57,771 nt of DNA, from contig CAZUMN010000004.1 in assembly GCA_964621955.1 (NCBI GenBank), forward strand, positions 1 through 57,771, read 5' to 3'. Both the position numbers and the translations under genes were made by a program. The notes under the pieces were generated by a model. The model searched no databases. It saw only the letters and a program-made list of their open reading frames with translations, and had not been told where the DNA came from. Numbering within the stretch: the first letter of the stretch is position 1; each line of letters opens with the position of its first letter. Below, piece after piece: positions 37,572 to 48,657 of this stretch. The stretch comes from an uncultured Thermococci archaeon. Lineage in GTDB: Archaea; Methanobacteriota_B; Thermococci; Methanofastidiosales; Methanofastidiosaceae.

Positions 37572-38444
37572 ATGAAAAAATCTTTTATGATACTTGGTGC
37601 AATTGGAGTAATTGCAATCTTAATTTCAGGATTCTTTATAGGAACTTTTTTTTTAGGACCAAATATATACTCCAAGAGAGTGATTTACGATGAAGGTATT
37701 GCTTACTCTGCAGGATATGGTAGTGCTCCTCAGACCGATATCTATTCAAAAACTGTTTCCCAGAGTTATACGGAATCAAGTGAATTAAATTCAAATGATC
37801 GAAAAGTTGTCAAAAATGGGAATGCAAATATTGAAGTTGAAAACTTTGATTCTTCTATCTCAAAAATTAAAGAATTGGCAATTAAGTACGAAGGATACGT
37901 AACAAACTCCAATATGTGGATTTCCGATTCAGAAACAAAAAGCGGCAATATTACAATAAAGATACCAGAAAAAAGATTTGAAGAATTTAGTGATTCTTTG
38001 GTCCAAATTGGAAATATTAAATCCAAAGAAACTTCGGGATACGATGTTACTGAAGAGTATATAGATTTGCAGGCAAGATTAAAAAACTTGAAAGATCAAG
38101 AAAAAAGATATGCAGAACTTCTAGATATGGCTAAGGATGTTCAAGACGTTCTTGCAATTGAAGTCCAACTTGGGAGAATCAGGGGGGAGATAGAAAGTTA
38201 TGAGGGGAGAATAAAATACCTAGATAATACAACAACTTTTGGCACATTTTATATAAATCTATACGAACCGGAAAAGGTTGTCCATGAGTGGGGCATAAAG
38301 AACGCCTTTGATAAAGCAATAGATGCATTCATAGTTTCAGTTGCGGGAATAATAATATTGGGAGGATTCTTTATACCAATATTAATCCTCCTTGGAATAA
38401 TATACGTAATAGTAAAATATATTAGGAAAAGAGTAAAAAAATAA
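37572..38444 (+). CDS. DUF4349 domain membrane protein
   Basis: DVTEEYIDLQARL, IESYEGRIKYL; N- and C-terminal TM. Confidence 0.88.
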   Translation: MKKSFMILGAIGVIAILISGFFIGTFFLGPNIYSKRVIYDEGIAYSAGYGSAPQTDIYSKTVSQSYTESSELNSNDRKVVKNGNANIEVENFDSSISKIKELAIKYEGYVTNSNMWISDSETKSGNITIKIPEKRFEEFSDSLVQIGNIKSKETSGYDVTEEYIDLQARLKNLKDQEKRYAELLDMAKDVQDVLAIEVQLGRIRGEIESYEGRIKYLDNTTTFGTFYINLYEPEKVVHEWGIKNAFDKAIDAFIVSVAGIIILGGFFIPILILLGIIYVIVKYIRKRVKK

Positions 38445-38453
38445 TATTTTATT

Positions 38454-38612
38454 TTATTTTTTTGGAATTGATTGCGGTACATATTGCGTATTTCTTTCGT
38501 TACCTTTTAACGGAGGTTTACTCAACGTATTTCTTTTCCTGCTAAGTCCCTCTATTATTGAAAATAATGCTATCAATCCTATTACAATCGCTATGAAAAC
38601 ATAGAACTCCAT
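38454..38612 (-). CDS. Small single-TM protein (52 aa)
   Basis: MEFYVFIAIVIGLIALFSIIEGLSRKR...; GGTGA RBS upstream; below ORF-track cutoff. Confidence 0.55.
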   Translation of the reverse strand: MEFYVFIAIVIGLIALFSIIEGLSRKRNTLSKPPLKGNERNTQYVPQSIPKK

Positions 38613-38673
38613 AATTTCACCTTGTCATTGGTTTAAAAAAAAGATATATAAAATTATTGGTTGGAGGTAATTT

Positions 38674-39171
38674 TTATTTGCCGCAACCACAGCCACTAGA
38701 TGATCCTCCATCTCTTCCGCCACCAGCAGAATTACTAGTACTTAGCCCCATTGATTCAGTATCTAATGCAAATAACTTGGATATTTTAGTACTTACTGGG
38801 CCTTTTCCATCATTTGTTCTAAACCAATATTCTATATCCCATTCTTTTGCCTTTGGTGCAAATTTGAAAAGTTCATCTTCATACATCGGCAATACATACA
38901 ATATTCCATCCTTTGCATTATTATCAGTTATATCTGCTTTAATCATTTCTCTTCTTGACCCATTTATAAAGACAAACATATATCTAGGTGTATCTCCATC
39001 AGCGTCTTTATATTCTACTTGAAAATTATAAGAAAATGTGTTATTCTTGAAAGTGTACAAAAGAACTCCGTTTTGAAGTTCTGGAGAAGTATTTTCTGCA
39101 GCCAATATAGGGGAAACAAATAGAGATATCGCAAATATCAATGTTAATAAGACCATAATTATTTTATTCAT
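38674..39171 (-). CDS. Secreted hypothetical protein with Gly/Ser-CGCGK tail
   Basis: Signal peptide; YKDADGD; ends GGGRDGGSSSGCGCGK. Confidence 0.7.
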   Translation of the reverse strand: MNKIIMVLLTLIFAISLFVSPILAAENTSPELQNGVLLYTFKNNTFSYNFQVEYKDADGDTPRYMFVFINGSRREMIKADITDNNAKDGILYVLPMYEDELFKFAPKAKEWDIEYWFRTNDGKGPVSTKISKLFALDTESMGLSTSNSAGGGRDGGSSSGCGCGK

Positions 39172-39240
39172 TTTTTTACCTCCAATACTGCTTAAGATAA
39201 ATTTTTAAAAAATATTTATATAAGCTTTTGTATTGGTATT

Positions 39241-39615
39241 CTATAGAAGTTTCAGATTTCCCACTATCTTATCAATTTCATCTTCTGGGGCTGGCCCTAT
39301 ACCTAAAACAGTGATTGTCCCAGGTGGTATTTCTGTTAATCCCGCATCTTTGATTAGTTCAGTTGTCAGGCCAACGCTTTTTGCCTCATTGAATACTTTA
39401 AGGAGTGAATCTAAATTATCAATCTTCAAAACAACTTTTTTTTGCCCTTCGGAAAACCATTCAGAAAAATATTTATTTTTGTTATTTTCTGATTTTATTG
39501 CACAACTTACTGCGGCATGCGCTACTTGAGCAGATAGTTTTCCTTTTGATAATTTCAAATCATCTCTAACAACAATTGCCATTTTATATTTAAATTTGTT
39601 AAAAAGGCCAAACAA
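39241..39615 (-). CDS. pth2: Peptidyl-tRNA hydrolase (archaeal Pth2)
   Basis: KGKLSAQVAHA, GQKKVVLK, DAGLTEIPPGT. Confidence 0.95.
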   Translation of the reverse strand: MFGLFNKFKYKMAIVVRDDLKLSKGKLSAQVAHAAVSCAIKSENNKNKYFSEWFSEGQKKVVLKIDNLDSLLKVFNEAKSVGLTTELIKDAGLTEIPPGTITVLGIGPAPEDEIDKIVGNLKLL

Positions 39616-40902
<1,287 letters not shown>

Positions 40903-42486
40903 TTATCTCGCCTCGTATTCAATATTAAATCCTTTTTTTATTATGATTGCCTTTTTCCAATTTTTATTCTCTTTTGGATAATCACTTCTATAATGGGCCC
41001 CCCTAGATTCTGTTCTTTCTAGAGCAGATATGGCTACAGCTTGGGCAACAAAAAGAATATTTCTTAATTTGAAGTATTCCAAATAATTTTGTGTTGTGTT
41101 TATCTTTTCAAATTTATTTTTTATTTCAGAGACCTCCTTGATTGCAGTTGTTATTCCTTCTTTGTTTCTAATAATCCCAAGGTATCTCCACATAATCTCT
41201 TTTATCTCTTTAATCAGTTCTTTTTCTGAAGAACTTTCAATAAGTTTAGGTAATGATTCAATATACTTCTTGGTATCTACGTAATCAAAATCATTTGCTA
41301 ACGCAAATTCAGATGCATTTTTTCCTGCAATTTCTCCAAACACTAAAGTTTCAGCTAAAGCGTTGCCTGCAAGCCTATTGGCCCCGTGTACGCCACCTGC
41401 AGTTTCTCCACAGGCGTATAACCCTTTGACATTTGTTTCACATTTATTATTTATTTTTAATCCGCCCATGAAGAAATGACATGAAGGTTTAACAAGAAGA
41501 TTATCTTTAGTTAGATCAATCCCTTTAGTTAAGAAAAACTCTAATTCTTTTGAATATTTTGTTTTAAGAATACTCTCAGGAACTTCTTTATATGATATAA
41601 AAACTCCACCGTCGATACCTCTGCCTTCAAGTGCCTCGGTGAAAATAGCTCTTGACATTACATCTCGAGTAGTTTTTTCTAAAAGGTTTGAATCATATTT
41701 TCCAATGAATCTTTCACCTTTACTATTAAGAAGAACAGCACCATCAGTAAAGATGAATGGTAAAACTAGATAGGATTTAAGTGCTACAGTGGGGAAAAAT
41801 TGTACATATTCCATATCTATCAAAGAAGCCCCAACATCTAATCCTAAGTAATATCCATCACCTTCAACATCGGAAGGATTTGTGGAATTTCTATAGATAT
41901 TTCCTGCCCCACCAGTTGCAATTATAATAGATTTAAATGAGATATCCAAAAAATTTTTTCCATCGCACACTATTCCGGATACAACTCTACCGTTCTTTTC
42001 AAAGAGTTTGATTAAATGCTTTCCTTCCAAAAATTTTATATCGTTATTTTTAGCATATTCCATTAGTTTTAATGGAATTATTCTCCCACACCCAGGGCCT
42101 GGTGGCTCTACTCTTACAGTTCGTGCAACTGAATTCCCACCGGATAGATTAAGGACAAAATTTCCATTTTCTTTTTTATATTGAATCCCAAAATCTTCAA
42201 GTGAAAGAATGGCGCTTTTTGTATTTTGAGAAAGAATTTTTGCTAATTTTGGGTCTGATACATTTGCTGAACCTTTCATTATGTCTTCATAATACAGATC
42301 AGAAGAATCATTTTCAGATAATGGCGCATTTAAAATTCCTTCAGAAATTGAACTGCATCCACCCTTTCCTACATATCCTTTGGTCAATATTATTACGTCT
42401 TTGACATATTTTTTAGATTCTATGGCGGCCCTTATCCCTGCAAGCCCACCGCCAACTACTAAGACATCACAATTTATCTTTTCCAT
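40903..42486 (-). CDS. FrdA/SdhA/NadB-family FAD-dependent oxidoreductase with altered substrate site
   Basis: GGGLAG, ATGGAG, HFFMGG, HGANRLAGN, ESRGAHYRSDYP. Confidence 0.88.
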   Translation of the reverse strand: MEKINCDVLVVGGGLAGIRAAIESKKYVKDVIILTKGYVGKGGCSSISEGILNAPLSENDSSDLYYEDIMKGSANVSDPKLAKILSQNTKSAILSLEDFGIQYKKENGNFVLNLSGGNSVARTVRVEPPGPGCGRIIPLKLMEYAKNNDIKFLEGKHLIKLFEKNGRVVSGIVCDGKNFLDISFKSIIIATGGAGNIYRNSTNPSDVEGDGYYLGLDVGASLIDMEYVQFFPTVALKSYLVLPFIFTDGAVLLNSKGERFIGKYDSNLLEKTTRDVMSRAIFTEALEGRGIDGGVFISYKEVPESILKTKYSKELEFFLTKGIDLTKDNLLVKPSCHFFMGGLKINNKCETNVKGLYACGETAGGVHGANRLAGNALAETLVFGEIAGKNASEFALANDFDYVDTKKYIESLPKLIESSSEKELIKEIKEIMWRYLGIIRNKEGITTAIKEVSEIKNKFEKINTTQNYLEYFKLRNILFVAQAVAISALERTESRGAHYRSDYPKENKNWKKAIIIKKGFNIEYEAR

Positions 42487-42495
42487 TTTATAATC

Positions 42496-44340
42496 CTACC
42501 TAAAACTAGCTCTTAAAGAAAGTCTTCTTGGTAGAGGTAAAGGTCTTGTTGGTTTTCCTTTAATAAGATCTAAGAAGCTAGCTTTGAATTCATTTACAGA
42601 AGTATTCTTCTGAGATGAATCTTCTCTAGATCTAATGTTAATTGTGGAATTCTTAATTTCGTCATCACCTATAACTATAATATATGGAACCCACTCTTTT
42701 TCAGCATCCCTTATTTTCTTACCAAGCCTCAAATCTCTATCGTCTATGTCAGTCCTTATTCCTGATTTTTCTAAATCTTCCAAGATCTTGAATGAGTATT
42801 CCAGTTGCTCTTCGCCTACAGGAAGAACCCTTACCTGGGTAGGCGATAACCACAATGGAAGCATTGGTTTCTTACCTTTCTTAGACTCTAAGAATGCTGT
42901 TTCAAGAAGTGCGTAAAGATTTCTCTCAATTGCACCTGAAATTGAAGCATGCAACATCAAAGGGTATTTTTCTTTTCCATCTTCATCAAAATATTTGATT
43001 TCAAATCTTTCAGTATTTTCTATATCAATTTGAACAGTTGAAAGAGCTGAAGCTTTATTTAATGAATCGACAAAATTAAACTCAAATTTCATCACGAAAT
43101 AGAATGGCCTTTCATCCCACATTTCAACTAAAACTGGCCTATTAATTAATGACATAAGCCTTTCCACAAATTCTGTATTTTCGTCATAAAATGATTTTAC
43201 AAATCTTATAGCAACTTCATAATTTAAATTAAGTCCTTCCATCCATTTCATTGATAATTTAAATTGTTCGATAAACTCATTCTTTGCACTGTCCATGGAT
43301 GTAGCAAGAGTATGCATATCTGGCATAGTAAAAGCCCTTAATCTTCTTAGGCCTACTAGCTCGCCCCTTTGCTCTCTTCTGAAGCTGTAACGTGTCAATT
43401 CGTATAATCTAAGTGGAAGATCTTTGTAAGAAATTATCATGTCGTGTTTCATGAGATATTGGCCAAAACATGCTGCAAATCTTAAGAAATAATCATCATT
43501 TCCCGATTTAACTATATATTGCCTTGCCGGAAATCTATTTAGGTACTTAGAAAGCATTGGATGAGTAATACTATACATTATCGGTGTTTCTACTTCCATT
43601 CCCCCGTATTCTAGTATGCTATCGTTAACTCGAGTTTCTAATAACCTCTTAATTAGAACACCTTTTGGGTACCACCTCAAATTTCCGGGGTCTGAACCTT
43701 TTTCATAATCAACAAGCTCTAAATTTTTCATGTATTCAACATGCGGTGGAACCATATCGACTTTTCTAGAGTGAGTAACTTCATATTCTGCTAATTTTTT
43801 GAGGCTATCATGATTTTTAAAATCAAACTTTTCTTGAGGTATAAGATTTAGGGAAGGGTCTAGTATATACCAGCTAGATTTAATTCTTTCTTCGGCTTTC
43901 AAAGCTTCAGATACGACCTCAGTGTCTCCTTGAGACTTAATACTCCTAGAAAGTTCAGATAGCGGGTGGCCTTTACAGGATACTTTAAAGGCTTTATAAT
44001 AACCAAAAGGTGCCCTTTTTACCTCATATTCTGTTTTTAATTTATTTTCTAAATCTTTCAATAATTTAATAGCTATTTCAGGAGGTGCAAGATTATTGCT
44101 TAAATGCGCATATGGATACAGAAAAACTTTATCTGATTTAACAGATTTTGATACTTCTGCAGCTTCATTAAATGCTTTATCAATTACAGAATCATCGTCA
44201 CCTTCTTCAACAGCAACGAAGACCGAAAGACAATCTTCCATTCTGCCTTTCTTTAAAGAATCTTCAATCTCCTCAGCTATTTTTGTCTTTGAAGTAATTT
44301 CATACTCTAAATAGTCACTATGTATTAAAAGAATCCGCAT
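42496..44340 (-). CDS. thrS: Threonyl-tRNA synthetase, archaeal type with N-terminal editing domain
   Basis: YPYAHLS, PFGYYKAF, CKGHPLSE, FRREQRGE, HASISGAIER. Confidence 0.97.
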   Translation of the reverse strand: MRILLIHSDYLEYEITSKTKIAEEIEDSLKKGRMEDCLSVFVAVEEGDDDSVIDKAFNEAAEVSKSVKSDKVFLYPYAHLSNNLAPPEIAIKLLKDLENKLKTEYEVKRAPFGYYKAFKVSCKGHPLSELSRSIKSQGDTEVVSEALKAEERIKSSWYILDPSLNLIPQEKFDFKNHDSLKKLAEYEVTHSRKVDMVPPHVEYMKNLELVDYEKGSDPGNLRWYPKGVLIKRLLETRVNDSILEYGGMEVETPIMYSITHPMLSKYLNRFPARQYIVKSGNDDYFLRFAACFGQYLMKHDMIISYKDLPLRLYELTRYSFRREQRGELVGLRRLRAFTMPDMHTLATSMDSAKNEFIEQFKLSMKWMEGLNLNYEVAIRFVKSFYDENTEFVERLMSLINRPVLVEMWDERPFYFVMKFEFNFVDSLNKASALSTVQIDIENTERFEIKYFDEDGKEKYPLMLHASISGAIERNLYALLETAFLESKKGKKPMLPLWLSPTQVRVLPVGEEQLEYSFKILEDLEKSGIRTDIDDRDLRLGKKIRDAEKEWVPYIIVIGDDEIKNSTINIRSREDSSQKNTSVNEFKASFLDLIKGKPTRPLPLPRRLSLRASFR

Positions 44341-44390
44341 AGATTCACCATTAAAAAGATTATATTATAGAAGCAATCTTAATGTGTAAC

Positions 44391-44405
44391 TTATATAACT
44401 TTCGG
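44391..44405 (-). promoter_or_regulatory. BRE-TATA promoter of the thrS operon
   Basis: Minus strand CCGAAAG-TTATATAA about 50 nt upstream of thrS. Confidence 0.5.
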
Positions 44406-44463
44406 AATAGATTCCTTATTTTAGGAAGGTAAATCTTTAATAGTTACAAGTCATATATATTTT

Positions 44464-45009
44464 ATGGAAGGAATTCTTGCGATAACTGGTGCAAGTGGAG
44501 TCATATACGGCATCAAATTGTTGGAAAATTTGAAAGGCAACGTACATTTAATTGTAAGTGAAAGTGCAAAGAAAATAATTAAGGATGAAACAAATTATGA
44601 GTTAGATAAATTAAATAAATATGCATACAAAGTATATAAAAATAGTGAAATGGAGGCCCCTGTTGCTTCGGGGAGCTACCCTTTTGATTATATGATTATA
44701 TGCCCTGCTACAATTTCAACTATTTCCAAGATAGCTGTAGGTATTCAAGATAATCTGATTACTAGAGCTGCAGCTGTATCCCTAAAAGAAAAAAGAAAAT
44801 TAGTTATTGTTCCACGGGAAACACCCTTGACTTCAATAAATCTAAAAAACATGGCAACTCTCTCTGACGAGGGCGCTGTTATACTACCTGCAATGCCAGC
44901 TTTCTACCACAAGCCAAAAAATATAGATGAAGTTACAAATTTCATAGTTGGGAGGATTTTAGATCAAGTTGGTGTAGAAAACAATTTATTCAAAAGATGG
45001 GGAACTTAG
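44464..45009 (+). CDS. ubiX: Flavin prenyltransferase UbiX
   Basis: ITGASG, ASGSY, VPRETP, PAMPAFYHKP. Confidence 0.94.
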   Translation: MEGILAITGASGVIYGIKLLENLKGNVHLIVSESAKKIIKDETNYELDKLNKYAYKVYKNSEMEAPVASGSYPFDYMIICPATISTISKIAVGIQDNLITRAAAVSLKEKRKLVIVPRETPLTSINLKNMATLSDEGAVILPAMPAFYHKPKNIDEVTNFIVGRILDQVGVENNLFKRWGT

Positions 45010-45021
45010 GATAAATATAAA

Positions 45022-46377
45022 TTATTTTAATTTTTTTAGTACAAGTTCAGCACAAATTTGAACAGGATCTATAGTTGGAGACAAAGGAGGGCTATAACAA
45101 TTCTCAATTTTTGCCAAATCGTTGATCTTAATCCCTTTTTGAACAGCAAAGCCTACTGCAAGTGTTCTAGCAAATATACCTTCTTCACCTATGGCTTGGA
45201 ATCCCAATATATCGCCTTCAGTAGACGCTAGAATTTTGATAATTATCTCTTTATACCCTGGATAATAATCTGCCCTAGATTTACCTTTGTATCTGGCCTT
45301 AACATATTCTATCCCTAAATTCGATAAATTATCTTCTGTTAATCCAAATGCCCCAATTTTTAAATCGAAGAAATCCATTATTGTAAGATTAATTACGGGA
45401 TTTAATTCTAAATTTCCCCCAACAGAATTTATTCCAGCAATTTTTCCACTCCTAACAGCATTTGTTCCTAGGCTTGAAGAAAATTGCTCACCTGTGAAAA
45501 AATATTTAACGCTTGCGCAATCCCCGCAAGCATATATGCCATCAATAGATGTTTGAAGTCTTGAATCTGTCTTTACCCCTTTTTGGATCTCAATTCCACA
45601 ATCTTTAGCTAAATAAGTATTTGTTCGGGTTCCAGAAGCCATTATAATAATGTCTGCATCTATTAATTCATTATCTGCAATCAATCCATTTACTTTGTCT
45701 TCACCAGATATACTAATAACATTCTTATCTGTTACTAGGTTAATCCCCTTACTCTTCAAATAATCTACAATTAATTCACTCATGTCCATGTCGATTTGCT
45801 GCCTTAATGGCCTATTTTCATTAGAAACTATAGTTACATCTAGTCCTCTATTCTTCAGAGCATAAGCCATTTCTAGGGATATCCGACCTGAAATGCACCC
45901 TTTACATCCTGCTTTGCACCCCCATCCATATGCATATATAATTGCTTTTTTTGACGCATCTATTTTTTTGGATAGATCTTTAGCAGCATCTAAAGTTCTT
46001 ATGAAATAGATACCTTCAGGATATTTATGGCCAATTTTATAATTGCATGGGATAGCGCCAGTTGCAAGAATCAGGGAATCATACTCTATTTCAGAATTAT
46101 CTTCAAGAATTACTTTTTTATCGCGGGGATTTATTTTCTTAATTTCTTTTTGAAGCAAAAGTTTTATTTTTTGTTTTTCATAGAATTCTTTTGGAAATAT
46201 TATAAGCTTATCAAAGTTTTCGATATCGCCAGATACTGCATATGGGAGGCCACATAATGAATATTGAGGAGAATTTTGTTTTTCAATTAATGTAATCTCT
46301 GCATTTTTATCAAATTTTCTTGCTTCTAGAGCCGCTTCTGAGCCTGCTGCGCCTCCTCCAACAATTACAAGTTTCAT
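45022..46377 (-). CDS. NADH oxidase/CoA-disulfide reductase family flavoprotein with a Cys insert
   Basis: GGGAAG, YSLCGLPY, ATGA, YACGDC, YSPP; start moved to ATG 46377. Confidence 0.88.
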   Translation of the reverse strand: MKLVIVGGGAAGSEAALEARKFDKNAEITLIEKQNSPQYSLCGLPYAVSGDIENFDKLIIFPKEFYEKQKIKLLLQKEIKKINPRDKKVILEDNSEIEYDSLILATGAIPCNYKIGHKYPEGIYFIRTLDAAKDLSKKIDASKKAIIYAYGWGCKAGCKGCISGRISLEMAYALKNRGLDVTIVSNENRPLRQQIDMDMSELIVDYLKSKGINLVTDKNVISISGEDKVNGLIADNELIDADIIIMASGTRTNTYLAKDCGIEIQKGVKTDSRLQTSIDGIYACGDCASVKYFFTGEQFSSSLGTNAVRSGKIAGINSVGGNLELNPVINLTIMDFFDLKIGAFGLTEDNLSNLGIEYVKARYKGKSRADYYPGYKEIIIKILASTEGDILGFQAIGEEGIFARTLAVGFAVQKGIKINDLAKIENCYSPPLSPTIDPVQICAELVLKKLK

Positions 46378-46492
46378 ATAAATCGTCTCTAAATATAAAA
46401 ATGAAGTATTATTTAAATATATTTTTAATACCATAGGTATGGTATCTAATTAGATATGAAATATAAATTAAAAAAGAATATTTAATATTTCA

Positions 46493-46840
46493 TTAATGCA
46501 ATTTGTCAAGTCTGTTTACTAAGTCATCTTTCATTAGGCAACTGATAGCGTCATCTACTGTTTGTTCCTCAGTGATTACGGCCATTATATTATGTCTAAC
46601 TAAGTCATTATATATTCCTTGTCCCATTCCATAACATATGACTAAATTACAGTCTTGTATGTTATTAATCATACTTGAATGGTCACAGCTACCACACTGC
46701 CCGTTACTTTTTCCAATATTTTGTCGGTATTCTTCTCTAATTATGACGTTTTCTTTTATTTCAAAAACTCTGAACCCTAGAGTTCTACCAAAGTGATGAG
46801 ATATGGTCACTTTGTCGTCAGTTGCTATGGCTACCTTCAT
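46493..46840 (-). CDS. NifX/NifB-family (FeMo-co biosynthesis-like) protein
   Basis: KVAIAT, HHFGR, VICYGMG. Confidence 0.85.
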   Translation of the reverse strand: MKVAIATDDKVTISHHFGRTLGFRVFEIKENVIIREEYRQNIGKSNGQCGSCDHSSMINNIQDCNLVICYGMGQGIYNDLVRHNIMAVITEEQTVDDAISCLMKDDLVNRLDKLH

Positions 46841-46959
46841 AGATACACCTCTTTATGAATAATTATTCATAATATTTATAAATGTTTGCTAGTAAAAATA
46901 ATAAGACTAGTTATAGATAACGATTTAAGTAAAATAGAAGAGAAAAATTTGGTGTTTAT

Positions 46960-47364
46960 TTGGAGATAGGAACATATTTCTTTAGAGATGATTTATTTTA
47001 CTCTAAAACACATGAATGGATGAAAATTGAAGGCGATACATGTATTATCGGGATAGATGATTATTCCCAAAGGGAGATAGGAGAAATAGCTTATATCGAA
47101 CTTCCTGCAATAGGTACTAATGTCAAACAATTTGGATTATTATGCCAAATCGAATCTGTTAAGACTGTGTTGGATATTTTTTCCCCTATGTCTGGAACAA
47201 TAATAGAAACTAATAAAGAAATTGAAAATTCGCCCGATCTTTTGAATACTAAACCATACGATTCATGGATATGCAAGATTAAATCCTCAGACCTTGATGA
47301 AAAAATAAATTTAATGAACATAAATGAATACATAGAATTCATTAAAGAAGTAATAGAAAAATAA
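46960..47364 (+). CDS. gcvH: Glycine cleavage system H-type lipoyl carrier
   Basis: HEW, GIDDYSQ, IESVKT (lipoyl-Lys), SPMSG, PY. Confidence 0.88.
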   Translation: MEIGTYFFRDDLFYSKTHEWMKIEGDTCIIGIDDYSQREIGEIAYIELPAIGTNVKQFGLLCQIESVKTVLDIFSPMSGTIIETNKEIENSPDLLNTKPYDSWICKIKSSDLDEKINLMNINEYIEFIKEVIEK

Positions 47365-47372
47365 AATTTAAC

Positions 47373-48635
47373 TTATCTCCACACTGGATCTCGCCTAAAG
47401 ATAAAATCCAAATATCCTTTGAACCTAACAAATGCATACAAAGGTCTATAGAAAATAATAATTATTGGAGAAATTAGAAAATAGTAAAGGTCCTTCTTCT
47501 CTTTTACAACTACCAAAGCAGTTAAAACTGATATTAGTTCAAATATCATGTAAGAACAAAATATCATCAAAGAAACCCTTAAATAAAAAATAAGATACTC
47601 GAAGTATTTATCAAAAGTAAATAGAACAGGTAAAACTAATAATATGAATAAAATATTAACAAATCTAAGGCTTAAGAAAACTATATCCATTAATACCATA
47701 TCTGGCGCTGCTACCATTCCTAAAAATCCAAAATGTTTTCTAAAGAAAAGATCCCTATGCTTCCAAAGAGTTTCAATTTCCCCTCTTGACCACCTGACTC
47801 TTTGGCGGTACCAGGTAATTAATTTATCTGGACATATGGTCCATGCTATAGCGTCTGGGGCAAAAAAGACTTTTGCCCTTTTCAATACCTTAAATGTTAA
47901 ATCAAAGTCTTCAGTTACAGTATCATAATCATAGTCTCCAACTGTATTAACAAAGTTCATTCGAAATGCCCCAAATGCCCCTGGAACTATAAGTATTGTT
48001 CTAAAGAGTGACTGTATTCTTTTACCTATTTCCATTGACATCGTATACTCATAAGCTTGACAATTTGCAAGAATAGTATTTCTATTTTCGATCTTAATAT
48101 TGCCAGCAACTGCCATTACATCTTTATCTGAAAACGGTTTTACTATTTCAATTAGTGAACCTATCTCCAGTTTTGTATCTGCATCTACTACTATAACAAT
48201 CTCGTGTTTTGCAATTAATAATCCATAATTTATTGCACCACTTTTTGAACCACTTTTTGTTTCTCTTTTAAAAAGTTTTATCTGACCACGTCTTGCATAA
48301 GGTAATGATTTGTAGTATGACTTATCAGTTGACCCATCATCGATTAAAATAATCTCCTTTATATCTGTCGGATAACTAGCCTCTATCAAAGAAAGAATAC
48401 ATTCTTCAATCTTTGATTCTTCGTTATGCATGGGTACAATTATGGAAATAGAAGGTAGAAATTTTAATTCTGGTAAAGGATTTAGGATTTCTCGAATTCT
48501 CCCCAATATAATAAAGACAGTTTTAACGATGCTTCGAGTACTATCAAGTATTATTAGAAATAAAGACATTTGGATACCTGTAATAAGTGAAAATCCAAAA
48601 AACTCAAAGTATTTTTCTATTATTTCTAATATCAT
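47373..48635 (-). CDS. Processive GT2 glycosyltransferase (PgaC/IcaA/CesA-like)
   Basis: DDGSTD, KSGAIN, VDAD, TED, QRVRW and TM helices. Confidence 0.9.
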   Translation of the reverse strand: MILEIIEKYFEFFGFSLITGIQMSLFLIILDSTRSIVKTVFIILGRIREILNPLPELKFLPSISIIVPMHNEESKIEECILSLIEASYPTDIKEIILIDDGSTDKSYYKSLPYARRGQIKLFKRETKSGSKSGAINYGLLIAKHEIVIVVDADTKLEIGSLIEIVKPFSDKDVMAVAGNIKIENRNTILANCQAYEYTMSMEIGKRIQSLFRTILIVPGAFGAFRMNFVNTVGDYDYDTVTEDFDLTFKVLKRAKVFFAPDAIAWTICPDKLITWYRQRVRWSRGEIETLWKHRDLFFRKHFGFLGMVAAPDMVLMDIVFLSLRFVNILFILLVLPVLFTFDKYFEYLIFYLRVSLMIFCSYMIFELISVLTALVVVKEKKDLYYFLISPIIIIFYRPLYAFVRFKGYLDFIFRRDPVWR

Positions 48636-48657
48636 CTATTTCACTAGGACCTTGCAT

